Shown: positions 1-10,240 of the stretch, in pieces
How positions within the stretch are numbered: position 1 is the stretch's first letter
Layout of the letters: each line of letters begins with the position of its first letter
Origin: a virus
Lineage: Duplodnaviria; Caudoviricetes
IMG/VR virus record: IMGVR_UViG_3300032038_000022
Location: 32,001 to 96,000 of that record
DNA: 64,000 nucleotides
Direction: 5' to 3' (one strand)
Made by a program: the position numbers and the translations under genes
Notes under the pieces: model-generated
Databases searched by the model: none
What the model saw: only the letters and a program-made list of their open reading frames with translations
What the model was told of the DNA's origin: nothing

Positions 1-21
1 TTAGTTAGGCTTGGAAATAAT

Positions 22-1389
22 ATGTCTATGGAAGTCAAAAATAAAGATCTTCCTGACGATAAGTGGTATACTCTCAGAAATGAATTAGATTCTAATGAAA
101 ATGTATGGGAAATGCTCACTAATGTAGATAATAATAGAGGTGATTTTGGAGATATTGAATTTGAGATTGCTACTAGTGATTTAATCAAAGATAGAGTGGT
201 CCTAGTAACATCTAGTATGCCTTCATATCAAAAATTACAGAATCAAATGAAACGAGTTCTTTTCTATGATATTTATTCTAAAACAAAGAAATGGACTCCA
301 GGTCATAGATTCTTCTCTAAAACTAGCACATATTATTGCATAGCACAAGTTAAAAGTAGGAGAAGTGGTATTGACTCAGTCTATCTCTCAAAAGATGATA
401 TGGTAGATGCATGGATTGTTACAGAAGAACTAGAAGGTCAGAAAACTTGTAAAGAAGTATTAGAAACAAAAAGTTTTGGACCTGAAAGAAGTGATCTTAG
501 AATAATTTATACTGCCGGATTAATGGTAGATGACGGAGAATTTCTCAAAAATGACATTGGAGATGATATTATGACTTATTATCCCAAAATGGTAGAAAAT
601 GCAAAAAAGAGATTTCCTACTAGTCAAGAAGTTATGGGAATGAGATCATTCTTAGATATCTTTACAGTCCAAAGTGAGGGTCATGAGGATTTAAGCCAAG
701 TTGATATAAATCTAATAGTAGATATTAAAGACCGCATTAAAGAATCTATGTACATCACAATGATCCAAAATTATTATGGTTATTCTTGCTTAAGAGATAA
801 AAGCAAAGTAGATGACGTTGCAGCAGATAACTTGTTAAAACTCTTTTACAATAGAGATAACATGATGGATGGAAATAGTAAACGTTCATTATATTACAAA
901 CTCCTATTCTTAGATCTCGGGCTTGATGATCCTAAAGATATAGCAAAAAAAGTTATTAAAGATTTTGATATAAAGGATATAACTGATAACTTTAGTGGAT
1001 ATGTAAATTATGCCTCAAAATATTTATATAACAATTTATACTCAGATGGTATAGTAATTATAACTCAACGTAAGACAAGTAGCCGTTATATGATGCCTTT
1101 TACTAAATTAGGGGACAAGTTTGGGGCAGATCTATGTGATACAATTCGAAAGATTTGTTCAGAGCGAGATCAATGTAATGGTTCTAATTGTGATATATAT
1201 GAAGTTTACAATTCTGGAACTAGGATTGCACCCAAAGAATGGATAGCAACTACAATAACGCTTGAGGATATATTAAATTATTTTGGAGGAAATCTTGCAA
1301 ACATCCCCGAAAACCTTAAATTTGATATAATGAAATGCAAATTTCAAAAAGTAGAATTAGCTTACGATAAAGGAGAAAAACTCGCATGA
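22..1389 (+). CDS. hypothetical protein (455 aa)
   Basis: Long ORF whose stop overlaps the next start (ATGA); no motif recognised. Confidence 0.75.
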   Translation: MSMEVKNKDLPDDKWYTLRNELDSNENVWEMLTNVDNNRGDFGDIEFEIATSDLIKDRVVLVTSSMPSYQKLQNQMKRVLFYDIYSKTKKWTPGHRFFSKTSTYYCIAQVKSRRSGIDSVYLSKDDMVDAWIVTEELEGQKTCKEVLETKSFGPERSDLRIIYTAGLMVDDGEFLKNDIGDDIMTYYPKMVENAKKRFPTSQEVMGMRSFLDIFTVQSEGHEDLSQVDINLIVDIKDRIKESMYITMIQNYYGYSCLRDKSKVDDVAADNLLKLFYNRDNMMDGNSKRSLYYKLLFLDLGLDDPKDIAKKVIKDFDIKDITDNFSGYVNYASKYLYNNLYSDGIVIITQRKTSSRYMMPFTKLGDKFGADLCDTIRKICSERDQCNGSNCDIYEVYNSGTRIAPKEWIATTITLEDILNYFGGNLANIPENLKFDIMKCKFQKVELAYDKGEKLA

Positions 1390-1664
1390 AACAAGGAAAC
1401 TTACAAGTCGAAGGTGTGGTAGAGCAAGAATTGGGTAATTCTATGTTTAGAGTAAAACTAGATAATCCCGGAATGCCTATAATTCTATGCACGATTTCTG
1501 GGAAGATTCGAAAAAATTATATAAGAATCCTAGTTGGTGATAAAGTTAAAGTTGAAATGACGCCATATGATTTAACAAAAGGGCGAATTGTTCAGCGCAT
1601 TAATTCAGTTGTAATAACTCCTATTAATAATAGTAATAACAATAAAAACAAAAAGAAAAAATGA
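1386..1664 (+). CDS. infA: translation initiation factor IF-1
   Basis: [20 protein letters not shown]...[32 protein letters not shown] is the IF-1 signature; extra N/K-rich C-terminal tail. Confidence 0.95.
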   Translation: MKQGNLQVEGVVEQELGNSMFRVKLDNPGMPIILCTISGKIRKNYIRILVGDKVKVEMTPYDLTKGRIVQRINSVVITPINNSNNNKNKKKK

Positions 1665-2335
1665 AAAAATACTGTATTAAGAATAGTTTAATTGGTAATT
1701 ATTACCCTATGTATCTGAATAATATTAACCTTGGTCGTTCAGCATATCTGTATCAGATAACTACACCAGGGCTCAGTGAGAAACTTGTTCCATTAATATC
1801 AATTAATAAAGTAGGAGAAATTACCTCAGAGGGAGACTACTCTGCTACAGAAAATAATATGATGAGTAGTGATATACTAGCAACTCTCATTCATAGCAGA
1901 GATGAAATTGAAACAAAGGGTATGGAATACCTTTCAGGACTCTTTAAAAAGGATAATCCTGTACTATACTTTAGAGGTAAAGAAGACTTTCCAGCAATAG
2001 AGATGGGTATGGATAATAACATGCAAAAATCTATCATTGTGAATCTTCGTGATGAGCTTCGATGGAGATGTTATCGATTCTATGCTGGACGGTATGTTGA
2101 TATACTTTGGTCTCCTACACAGTTTGCTGTATTTAAGATTTGTGGAAATAGGGAAGAGATCTGGCTTGAACCAGTAGCTGTTTATGAAAATACAGATCTT
2201 GGACTCCACAATCCTAAAGAATTTGTAGATAGTAGCTGGCAGACTGAGAAGTTTTCTGGAAAAACAAAGACGTCTGACTTAAATCGATATATTAAACGAC
2301 TTGAGTGGACAGCATTTGATAAGAAAACAATTTAA
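1661..2335 (+). CDS. hypothetical protein
   Basis: 224-aa ORF coupled to infA (ATGA overlap), followed by a hairpin. Confidence 0.75.
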   Translation: MKKYCIKNSLIGNYYPMYLNNINLGRSAYLYQITTPGLSEKLVPLISINKVGEITSEGDYSATENNMMSSDILATLIHSRDEIETKGMEYLSGLFKKDNPVLYFRGKEDFPAIEMGMDNNMQKSIIVNLRDELRWRCYRFYAGRYVDILWSPTQFAVFKICGNREEIWLEPVAVYENTDLGLHNPKEFVDSSWQTEKFSGKTKTSDLNRYIKRLEWTAFDKKTI

Positions 2336-2341
2336 ATGAAC

Positions 2342-2376
2342 AAGAGAGGTGGCTTAGGTCATCTTTCTTTTTTCTT
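2342..2376 (+). terminator. probable intrinsic terminator
   Basis: AAGAGAGGTGGCTT-AGGTCATCTTTCTT stem (with G:U pairs) followed by a T-run. Confidence 0.55.
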
Positions 2377-2399
2377 GTACGTCTGAATGGGGTGGGAAA

Positions 2400-2413
2400 T
2401 TCCTTATAAGTGT
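2400..2413 (+). promoter_or_regulatory. CCTTAnnnnTG promoter-like motif
   Basis: TTCCTTATAAGTGT, 17 nt before ATG 2431; the same motif precedes several other genes. Confidence 0.6.
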
Positions 2414-2430
2414 ATAAAAATTTAACGATT

Positions 2431-4563
2431 ATGCAACATATTAGTAAATTATTGAATGAGCAATTTAAGAAGATTGCAAACGGTAATGAGTTATTCCGAA
2501 GCAAAGTAAGTGGTATTGAACTTTGGAATGAGTATATGAAAGGTTTTGGTAAGGATCCAGTATTTAGAAATCCTGACTTCTCTGTCCACAATTGTTCAAC
2601 CTGCAATAACTTTATCCGTCGATATGGAAATATTGTAGGTCTTGATGAAAATTATAATATCATAACTATGTTTGATATTAGCAATTGTCCTGCAGAGTAC
2701 AAAGCTAGTTTTGAAGCAATGGCTAATATGCTTAAGGCAGCTCCTATTGTAGATTCATTTGTAGAAACATTCGATGAATTGCAGAATCTTCCTTATGAAA
2801 GATGTAAGAAGAATGCCCCTGAATTCCTCCTAGGATTACCTAAAAATGCAAAAGTATATACAGAGGAGGAAGCTAATAAATTCCCAGGTGTAGTAAAATC
2901 CGGTGAAAGTCGAGTATTTTATCATCTTTATGTAAGTTGCCCTAGCCTTTATATTGATACCTCTGGTTCAAGTGTAGCAGCATTAATGGGCAAACGAAGA
3001 GATAAATATAGTGTCTTTAAAAGATGTATGGAAGAAATTCCAGTAGATACCTATGAATTAGTAAGGGATCTTATAAACCAAGGATCTTTGTTAGATGGTA
3101 CTGCTCACTTATCTAAAGTTGAAGCAATGATACCTTTAAAGAAAGAGTATGATCGAATTCCATCGGACAAACAAGATAACTGGTGTTGGTCTAAATCTGA
3201 TTTCGGATTGGCTAAATTTAAGAACGAACTCATTGGTGTACTATGTACTGAATTAGCAGAGGGAAAAGACTTAAATGAAGCTTGTAAAGAGTGGAATATA
3301 CGTATTGATCCGACTAACTATATGAAGGCGAAAGCTCCTATTACTGCAGCGCAAATTAAAACCGCGCAGGAGTTTATTGAACAGAATGGTTTTGAAGAGA
3401 GCTTTACTCGTAGGTGCGCCACACTAGATGATATTAAAGCTGCTGATATTCTTCATATTAATAGTGGAGATGGTAAGATTCAGAAAGTCTCTATCTTTGA
3501 TGAAATGAAGAAAGCTGTATCATCTCGTCATAAAAGATCAGAATTTGATAAGGTGGAAAAAGTAACAATTGATAAATTCATGAATGATATTCTTCCAACC
3601 TGTACAAGTATTGAACTTTTCTTGCAATCCAGTCAGAAAGGAAATTTTGTAACGCTGACAACATCAGAAAACAAAGATTCAAAGCCAATTATGAAGTGGT
3701 CAAATAACTTCAGTTGGACATTTAACGGAAACCTGGCTGGTAAATCCCAAATTAAACAGGCAGTTAAGGCAGCTGGTGGATTCGTAGATGCTCCTTTCCG
3801 ATTCTCTATTATGTGGAATGAAGATTGGGAGAACAATCGAGTTAGTACTGACCTTGATGCTCATGCTATTGAACCAACGGGAACAGAGATTTATTATTCA
3901 ACTTACAAAGGACATCAAACTCCAGTATGTGGAGGTATGCTTGATATTGACATGATTCGTCCAGCAAAGACAGGTGTTGAGAATATCTTCTGGACTGATA
4001 TGAAAAGAGTTAAAGATGGGGCATATAAGTTCTTTATCCATAACTATGCTGGAGAACCCTGCACAGCAAAAGCAGAAATTGCTATTGGTGAAAGCATCTT
4101 CCAATATTTTGTAAGCACACCTATTGCTACAAATGCGCGAATAGATATCGCTACTGTTTATATAAAAAATGGTGAACTCGATCATATTGATCAGTCTAAA
4201 TGGTTGACTAATAGCGATGGATTTAGTGAAGAGATATATGGCCTTCATACTGGCGAATTCCAGAGAGTTAACCTAATGTGTCTTAGCCCGAACTACTGGC
4301 AAGAACATGGAGTTGGTAATAAACTATACTTCTTCATGCTTGACCATTGTAAAGCTCCTGGAAAGCTTCGTGCATTCCATAATGAGAATCTTATTCCAGA
4401 ACTTCTTCAACACCGTAAGGTATTAGATGTTTTAGGAAATACACTACAAGTTGAATCTATTGATGGTCAACTTAGTGGCCTTGGATTTGATTCAACGGTC
4501 CATGACGAAATAATCCTTCGTTTAGGAGGAACACATAAACGTATAATTAAAGTCGAAATTTAA
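2431..4563 (+). CDS. phage protein with YfaP/DUF2135-like domain
   Basis: RFSIMWNE...DLDAHAIEP.G.EIYY...GGMLDIDM...GVENIFW...G.YKFFIHNY motif series; N-terminal HNCSTC; ATG 2431 preferred over GTG 2410, which lies inside the promoter motif. Confidence 0.7.
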   Translation: MQHISKLLNEQFKKIANGNELFRSKVSGIELWNEYMKGFGKDPVFRNPDFSVHNCSTCNNFIRRYGNIVGLDENYNIITMFDISNCPAEYKASFEAMANMLKAAPIVDSFVETFDELQNLPYERCKKNAPEFLLGLPKNAKVYTEEEANKFPGVVKSGESRVFYHLYVSCPSLYIDTSGSSVAALMGKRRDKYSVFKRCMEEIPVDTYELVRDLINQGSLLDGTAHLSKVEAMIPLKKEYDRIPSDKQDNWCWSKSDFGLAKFKNELIGVLCTELAEGKDLNEACKEWNIRIDPTNYMKAKAPITAAQIKTAQEFIEQNGFEESFTRRCATLDDIKAADILHINSGDGKIQKVSIFDEMKKAVSSRHKRSEFDKVEKVTIDKFMNDILPTCTSIELFLQSSQKGNFVTLTTSENKDSKPIMKWSNNFSWTFNGNLAGKSQIKQAVKAAGGFVDAPFRFSIMWNEDWENNRVSTDLDAHAIEPTGTEIYYSTYKGHQTPVCGGMLDIDMIRPAKTGVENIFWTDMKRVKDGAYKFFIHNYAGEPCTAKAEIAIGESIFQYFVSTPIATNARIDIATVYIKNGELDHIDQSKWLTNSDGFSEEIYGLHTGEFQRVNLMCLSPNYWQEHGVGNKLYFFMLDHCKAPGKLRAFHNENLIPELLQHRKVLDVLGNTLQVESIDGQLSGLGFDSTVHDEIILRLGGTHKRIIKVEI

Positions 4564-4569
4564 AAAATT

Positions 4570-4977
4570 ATGTACAAGAAAGCGATTCAAATGAAGCTGA
4601 GATTTCCTTCTCAAAGGGGACTTCTCACTGTAGAACAAGTGTATGATCTGAAGCTCTCTCAGTTAGAGCCTATGATTAAGAGTGCTTTGGCAGAGGTTAA
4701 GTCAAAGACTGGTGATGCAGATTCAGAATTATCATTCCTAGAAGGTAAAACTGAAACTAAAGAAGTAGAAGAAATCAAACTTAGATTTGATATTCTTAAG
4801 GATATTTATCTTACCAAGCAAGCTGAAATCAAAGCAGAGCGCGAGGAAGTTAATACTAATGAGGAGATTAAAAAGCTCGAAGCCGCCCTTGCTCGTAAGA
4901 AAGACAAGGAACTGGAAGAAATGTCTGCTGATGATCTCGAAAAGAAAATTCTTGAACTTAAGAGCAAGAAGAAGTAA
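4570..4977 (+). CDS. coiled-coil phage protein
   Basis: KLRFPSQRGLLTVEQVYDL N-terminus and K/E-rich helical remainder; 6 nt after the previous gene. Confidence 0.75.
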   Translation: MYKKAIQMKLRFPSQRGLLTVEQVYDLKLSQLEPMIKSALAEVKSKTGDADSELSFLEGKTETKEVEEIKLRFDILKDIYLTKQAEIKAEREEVNTNEEIKKLEAALARKKDKELEEMSADDLEKKILELKSKKK

Positions 4978-4987
4978 AACCTTTCAT

Positions 4988-5020
4988 GGGGAGTCTCTTA
5001 TAGGCTCCTCCTTTTATTTT
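4988..5020 (+). terminator. probable intrinsic terminator
   Basis: GGGGAGTCT-CTTAT-AGGCTCCT stem then CCTTTTATTTT. Confidence 0.6.
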
Positions 5021-5032
5021 CCTTACTTATGA
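5019..5032 (+). promoter_or_regulatory. CCTTAnnnnTG promoter-like motif
   Basis: TTCCTTACTTATGA immediately before ATG 5034. Confidence 0.55.
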
Positions 5033-5033
5033 T

Positions 5034-5765
5034 ATGATTATAAAAGAAATTAAAATAGGAAACTTATGTGAAAATCATAAGATGTTAAATTGGAATTTGG
5101 ACAATAATATAAATTACGTAACAGGTCCAAATGGTTATGGAAAAACAATATTATTTAATACTATATTCTATCTATATCTAGCTGCAGTATATAACCGGAA
5201 TGAGTCTCAATATCTTAATTCCGATATAATCAATTATCTAAAAATTACTCTTAATAATAACGCCTGGATAGAGTGGTCTAAGGATGGAGGTATTAAGAAA
5301 GATGGGTTTTTAGATGATCTTATGCTTCTTGGATATAGTTCAGAGGAAGCAAGGTATCAACCAGAAGATGGATATGAAACTATTTTAAACTGCAAAAATA
5401 AAAATTTTATTGTTATTAAAGAATTTCTTAAAACCTTAAGCAGTAATTTAGATTTCGTAGTAGATCCTAGCAATAAAAATAAATACATGTTTGTAGACTC
5501 TAAGGGAAAAGAAATACCTATCCAACATTTAAGTTTTGGATATCTTTCAATTATGTATATACTAGCCGCTCTATTCCCTGATCGTGAGTTAATTTTTATG
5601 ATGGATACTCCTGAATTAAGCCTACATGTCCTATGGCAAGAGGTATTGATAAAATATATGAGAATGATTAATACCAAAGCACAATTAATTATTATGACTC
5701 ATAGCCCAGCAATCATTGGATCAGAGTACGATAAAACCTTTGACTTATATGAACAGGCGCAATAA
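5034..5765 (+). CDS. ABC-type/AAA_15-21-like ATPase
   Basis: Walker A GPNGYGKT, signature-like LSFGY, Walker B/D-loop MMDTPELSLH, H-loop THSP. Confidence 0.85.
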   Translation: MIIKEIKIGNLCENHKMLNWNLDNNINYVTGPNGYGKTILFNTIFYLYLAAVYNRNESQYLNSDIINYLKITLNNNAWIEWSKDGGIKKDGFLDDLMLLGYSSEEARYQPEDGYETILNCKNKNFIVIKEFLKTLSSNLDFVVDPSNKNKYMFVDSKGKEIPIQHLSFGYLSIMYILAALFPDRELIFMMDTPELSLHVLWQEVLIKYMRMINTKAQLIIMTHSPAIIGSEYDKTFDLYEQAQ

Positions 5766-5779
5766 TTCCTTATTAATGT
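5766..5779 (+). promoter_or_regulatory. CCTTAnnnnTG promoter-like motif
   Basis: TTCCTTATTAATGT immediately before ATG 5781. Confidence 0.55.
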
Positions 5780-5780
5780 C

Positions 5781-6209
5781 ATGAAAAAATTAATAATGAA
5801 ATTATTGGGGAAAAGAAAAACTAGTTTAGGCTTTAAAGTAAAAGACCTAGAAATATTTCCCTCTAAGCGAAAATATCTTGCAGCACAACATGACTATTCT
5901 ATGTTAGGACGGGATATTGTTTTTAAAGACGAAGGAGAAACTAGAATGGGTGTTGTTGTTAAAGATTATATATCATCAGATCTTTCTAGACACTATACTA
6001 CTATAAATCGAGTAACAGGAGAAGAAAGTGATGTAGATATACACAATGTATTTAAAGTTGAGGGTATGGTTGATGAAACTAATATTACAGCTAAATCTGG
6101 AGATATACTTAGTAATATAAAAGAATATTGCACAAAAGTATGTTTTATGGAATGTAGCATTGACTGTCCTTTAAATAAATATAAATTTAAGAAAAATGGC
6201 AATATTTAA
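5781..6209 (+). CDS. hypothetical protein
   Basis: 142-aa ORF with C-terminal Cys cluster (CTKVCFMECSIDCP). Confidence 0.7.
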   Translation: MKKLIMKLLGKRKTSLGFKVKDLEIFPSKRKYLAAQHDYSMLGRDIVFKDEGETRMGVVVKDYISSDLSRHYTTINRVTGEESDVDIHNVFKVEGMVDETNITAKSGDILSNIKEYCTKVCFMECSIDCPLNKYKFKKNGNI

Positions 6210-6888
6210 GTGGAATGAAACCTCATATGAGTATTTTAAAGAAATACTTATAGGCTTTGCAAAAGAAGAGGATTACGCTAAGAATAAAGTTCTAGAAGTT
6301 CAAGATCCATTAGGCATAAAAGTAGGAGCAAATCTTAGAAGAACTTTTTTTGGAAAGAAAATTAATATCTTTGATTTTGAGTCCTATAATAAAAATCACG
6401 TTGAACTTCTTAAGAAAATGCAGAACATGATTCCTGATATGATGTTAGATATAGTTAATGGTGACACAATGGGAATGTGTAACTTAGATCCAGTGAACGG
6501 ACCAAAAATATCCCCTATCTTAACAAAGGATAGAGGAATGGATCTTGTTTGGTCTTCTATGTTTGGTGAAACAGCCTTAGAAACTAAAATGACTAAAATG
6601 ATTGCTGAAAAAGCTCCTTGTATCATGTGGTATTTAAGGGACAAGTATGGAAATCGCTTAATGGATATAAGTCCAAATAGTGCTAGGAAATATTCTAATC
6701 AAGAAAGAATGGTTAGATTTAGAACTATTAACTTTGATACATGGAAACAAATGGTTGAAGACTGGATGATAGAAGGAAAAGATTTAACAGAGTACATAAA
6801 GGATGACTTACAAGCTAAAGATATCGCGGTCATTCCAAAATTTGCAGAATTATTAATAGATATGAAAAAAATCTTGGGATCTTTATAG
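6196..6888 (+). CDS. hypothetical protein
   Basis: 230-aa ORF overlapping the previous one, followed by a hairpin at about 6873-6900. Confidence 0.7.
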   Translation: MAIFKWNETSYEYFKEILIGFAKEEDYAKNKVLEVQDPLGIKVGANLRRTFFGKKINIFDFESYNKNHVELLKKMQNMIPDMMLDIVNGDTMGMCNLDPVNGPKISPILTKDRGMDLVWSSMFGETALETKMTKMIAEKAPCIMWYLRDKYGNRLMDISPNSARKYSNQERMVRFRTINFDTWKQMVEDWMIEGKDLTEYIKDDLQAKDIAVIPKFAELLIDMKKILGSL

Positions 6889-6904
6889 GTCCTGAGGTTT
6901 TCAT

Positions 6905-6918
6905 TTCCTTATCTTTGT
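6905..6918 (+). promoter_or_regulatory. CCTTAnnnnTG promoter-like motif (exact TAnnTTTG)
   Basis: TTCCTTATCTTTGT contains the Bacteroidota -7 consensus TAnnTTTG. Confidence 0.65.
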
Positions 6919-6937
6919 ATAAAAATATATAAAAGAA

Positions 6938-8071
6938 ATGGCAAACGATATTGTAAAGAAGAACAAAGATGTAACAGAGGTTAGACCTTTAGAAAGTTAC
7001 AGTCAAGAAGAAATAGAAAAATACGAAAAAATAACTAGATCATTAGATATTACCAAACCTAATTCTGTTTTGATGTATGGTTCAGAGTTAAGTAACGTGG
7101 CTGAACAAGCAGCAGATGAATTACTTAAAGCTACTAGAAGATCAAATGCAGGTGATGTTGGTGAACAACTTGGACAACTTCTTTCTAAGCTTGGAGAAGT
7201 TAAGTTAAATGATCCAGGTCAAGCTCAAGGATGGAAAAGAAAACTAATAAAATATATTCCATTCTTAAAACCGGTTCTAGATGACTACGAAAAATTTACA
7301 AGTCGATATGATACAGTAAAAGATAGTTTTGATAAAATTAAAGAAGAGGTAAACATTATCAAAACTGAAATTCAAGAAGGAACATCTGAAACAGAGCTTT
7401 TATACAAATCAATATCTAAATATAAAGATGATATTGAGGAATTAATAGAGGCTGGTCAATATAAACTGGCAACTATTGATAAACAACTTAATGAAATGGA
7501 TGATAATGATCCTGAAAAGCAAAAGTTAACTATCTTTAGAAATACCTTAAATAATGATATTTTCCAAAAGATTGAACAAAAATATCTCCTTCAGAGTAGT
7601 ATGGCTCAAATTGTAACTATGACCGCTGATGATGCAATGATTTGTCAAAAGGCACAAAGAGTCGTAGGAACAACAATACCTCTGATGAAACAGAAAGCTC
7701 AGGTTGCTATTAAAGCCCTTAAACTGAGATATTATTGTGATGTATTCGATGGGATTGATCAAACAGCTGATGCCTTAATGAAGAGTGCATCTAAAGCCGT
7801 TGAATCTGTTACGGTCGATATTGCTAATCAGGCTGTTCGTGACGATATTAAGTTCGAAACCTTGATTGAAGAAATGAATGCTAATATCAGAACTGTTGAA
7901 CAACTTAATCAAATTCTTAGGGAAACAGGAACTAGGAGATTGGAGCAAGTTAAGGAACTTGAACAGAAATCTACAGAAATGAAGAAAGTCTATGGAAAAA
8001 CTATTCAAACTGCCGACGAACAGAAGAAACTCTTTGGCAATGGGCATGTAGAAGTAAAAGAATTGAAATGA
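6938..8071 (+). CDS. TelA/KlaA-like toxic anion resistance protein
   Basis: LDIT.PNSVLMYGS...A...ADELL...DAGDVGE.L..L...RYDTV...TTIPL.K motifs in a long coiled-coil. Confidence 0.8.
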   Translation: MANDIVKKNKDVTEVRPLESYSQEEIEKYEKITRSLDITKPNSVLMYGSELSNVAEQAADELLKATRRSNAGDVGEQLGQLLSKLGEVKLNDPGQAQGWKRKLIKYIPFLKPVLDDYEKFTSRYDTVKDSFDKIKEEVNIIKTEIQEGTSETELLYKSISKYKDDIEELIEAGQYKLATIDKQLNEMDDNDPEKQKLTIFRNTLNNDIFQKIEQKYLLQSSMAQIVTMTADDAMICQKAQRVVGTTIPLMKQKAQVAIKALKLRYYCDVFDGIDQTADALMKSASKAVESVTVDIANQAVRDDIKFETLIEEMNANIRTVEQLNQILRETGTRRLEQVKELEQKSTEMKKVYGKTIQTADEQKKLFGNGHVEVKELK

Positions 8072-9126
8072 TTTATTATAAAGATCTAGGAAAGACAGTA
8101 AGAGTATCCTTTACGGAAAAAGGAGAATACTTGATTACAAGAAAAAGAAGACTCGCCACTGGAGTGTGTAGACAAATTTCAGTCGTGGATCCAAATGACT
8201 ATTGTAAAAACCTAGATTATGAAATAGAAAATTTCGGAATTGCTACTATAGATCATGATGATATTGTTCCTGGATGTCTTTATGTCTTAGGAAACAAAAA
8301 TAGTATAACATCAATACTAAGTTCATGTATCTATCGAGCAGTAAAGGAAGTAACTTGGGCAAATAACAGACACTCTATAGTATTTGAAAAGGTTATGGAC
8401 GATACTGAGGACATTCCCGGAGTACCCGTCGCTAATCATCTAAGTGAGAGTGATTGCAACTTTTTAGGAGTTAAATTTGCTCCTGGTCTCATTATAATGC
8501 CTACTGAAATGGGATGGAAAAGAGTAAATGAGAATTATCATGGAGGAATTACTTCTAATGACCTAAGTACATACCCAGAATCTAGAATAAAAGGCTGTAC
8601 TAATAGTATAAGATATATGATGATTCGATTGGGAGGCTTTAAAAGTGAAAACGACTTCAACATAATAGAGACACCCGAAGGAACTTCTATTGACCTAACA
8701 CTATTTATGATAAGCCTAAAAGTAAAAGTGACAGAAGAAATAGTATCTTTGGCTGGCTATACTGGATTTAATCTAGATGAAGACATTCCATTTACAGTTG
8801 TAAGAAATGATTATGGTAAATCTATTAGACAAAGTAAACATCACATTGTCGACAATAATGGATATATTACATTGATTCTAGACCTAACAAAGAATGGTAA
8901 AGGTGTTAGTGTATCTTCAATGAAAGGAAAAAATGTTGAATCATTATTCAGAATAACTTGGGATGAAACATTTTCAGTAAGAACAAAAGATGGCTTTTCA
9001 GTAATCACTGAAGCATTAAAAGAAACTAGTAAGTATTGTCCTGACTATCCAACGAATATATTCTATAAAAGAAATAATCGATTCTGGAGAAAAGTCATAA
9101 ACGGACATATTACTGGTGGGTGGTAA
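8068..9126 (+). CDS. hypothetical protein
   Basis: 352-aa ORF coupled to TelA (ATGA overlap). Confidence 0.7.
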   Translation: MIYYKDLGKTVRVSFTEKGEYLITRKRRLATGVCRQISVVDPNDYCKNLDYEIENFGIATIDHDDIVPGCLYVLGNKNSITSILSSCIYRAVKEVTWANNRHSIVFEKVMDDTEDIPGVPVANHLSESDCNFLGVKFAPGLIIMPTEMGWKRVNENYHGGITSNDLSTYPESRIKGCTNSIRYMMIRLGGFKSENDFNIIETPEGTSIDLTLFMISLKVKVTEEIVSLAGYTGFNLDEDIPFTVVRNDYGKSIRQSKHHIVDNNGYITLILDLTKNGKGVSVSSMKGKNVESLFRITWDETFSVRTKDGFSVITEALKETSKYCPDYPTNIFYKRNNRFWRKVINGHITGGW

Positions 9127-9154
9127 AAATAAAAGGAGAGAGAAATAAACTCTC

Positions 9155-9168
9155 TTCCTTATTTTTGA
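9155..9168 (+). promoter_or_regulatory. CCTTAnnnnTG promoter-like motif (exact TAnnTTTG)
   Basis: TTCCTTATTTTTGA two nt before ATG 9171; overlaps a hairpin at about 9133-9160. Confidence 0.55.
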
Positions 9169-9170
9169 TT

Positions 9171-9539
9171 ATGATAAAATTAGTTATATTAATGTTTATT
9201 TGTCATGTGATAGATGACTTTGTATTTCAACCAATATGCTTAAGTAAACTAAAACAAAAGAAATTTTGGTTAGAAAATACTAATAACCAGTTATATAAAA
9301 ATGATTATAAAATGGCTCTGGTTATTCATTCATTTTCTTGGTCTGGCATGATTCTGCTTCCGTGGATAATCTTTGCTAAAGATTGGATAATAATGATCAT
9401 GTTCTTTATCAATGGAATTATTCATTACATAGTAGATAATGCAAAAGCAAATAAGCTTGCAATTAATTTAATTCAAGATCAATTCATTCACATTTGTCAA
9501 ATTATTTTTACTTTTATTATACTATGGACAACACTGTAA
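9171..9539 (+). CDS. DUF3307-like membrane protein
   Basis: HVIDDFVFQ...H...HYIVD..K...DQFIH pattern with hydrophobic helices. Confidence 0.8.
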   Translation: MIKLVILMFICHVIDDFVFQPICLSKLKQKKFWLENTNNQLYKNDYKMALVIHSFSWSGMILLPWIIFAKDWIIMIMFFINGIIHYIVDNAKANKLAINLIQDQFIHICQIIFTFIILWTTL

Positions 9540-9763
9540 GATTTGTAATAGAGGTTAAGAAACTAAGTAAGACGGAAAAATATGACTGCTCAAACTGTAA
9601 ATTTAGAAATATTCATGGAGATTGCGGAATTCAATTAGTCGATGTTCTGTTAGAAGGCGGCATAGATCTCTTTGATTGTGAAAAATTTAATCTAAACTCT
9701 ATTAAACTTATAGAGAAGTTTGGATATCATGATTATATAGAAATTGATGATGGAAATAGCTGA
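9524..9763 (+). CDS. small Cys-containing hypothetical protein
   Basis: CSNCKF...C...C motif; ATG at 9524. Confidence 0.6.
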   Translation: MDNTVRFVIEVKKLSKTEKYDCSNCKFRNIHGDCGIQLVDVLLEGGIDLFDCEKFNLNSIKLIEKFGYHDYIEIDDGNS

Positions 9764-10212
9764 AATATATAAGATTTGTGAATGTAGTGCAGGAAAATAT
9801 GTAAGTTTCTTTAAAAAAGAGCCAGTTTTCTTAGTAGGAGCAGTAGTGAAAGAGAATTATTATTATATCGTAATTAACAAAAACCTAGAATTACTTTTTA
9901 AATCCTGCTTATTAGGAAAATTTGAAATTATTGGAACTGATAAAGGAGAATTAAACTGGACTCTTCCATGGACTAGGTTTATAGGACAGTTAGGAAAAGA
10001 AGAAAAAGAAAAACTAGAAACTAATATTAAAACTAAATTAATACGTGAGATTTCTAAATTTGGAAATTTCTTTATAAATACCGTTAAAAAAATCATTAGA
10101 TGCTAAACAAATTTCTAAATGGCAATATGACAAAGCGACCTGGAAAGTTATAGATAGAATGATTAAACATCCTGAAAAAAGTATAATCTGGTTTACATTA
10201 GATGAAAAATAA
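9747..10212 (+). pseudogene. hypothetical protein, apparently frameshifted in an A7 run
   Basis: ORF stops at 10106; removing one A from 10086-10092 reads through SLDAKQISKWQYDKATWKVIDRMIKHPEKSIIWFTLDEK to TAA 10210-10212, which abuts the convergent hairpin. Confidence 0.55.
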
Positions 10213-10240
10213 AGAGACTTTAATAGGTCCCTTTTATTTT
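10211..10240. terminator. candidate bidirectional terminator at the strand switch
   Basis: AAAGAGACTT-TAAT-AGGTCCCTTT imperfect stem between convergent gene blocks. Confidence 0.45.
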
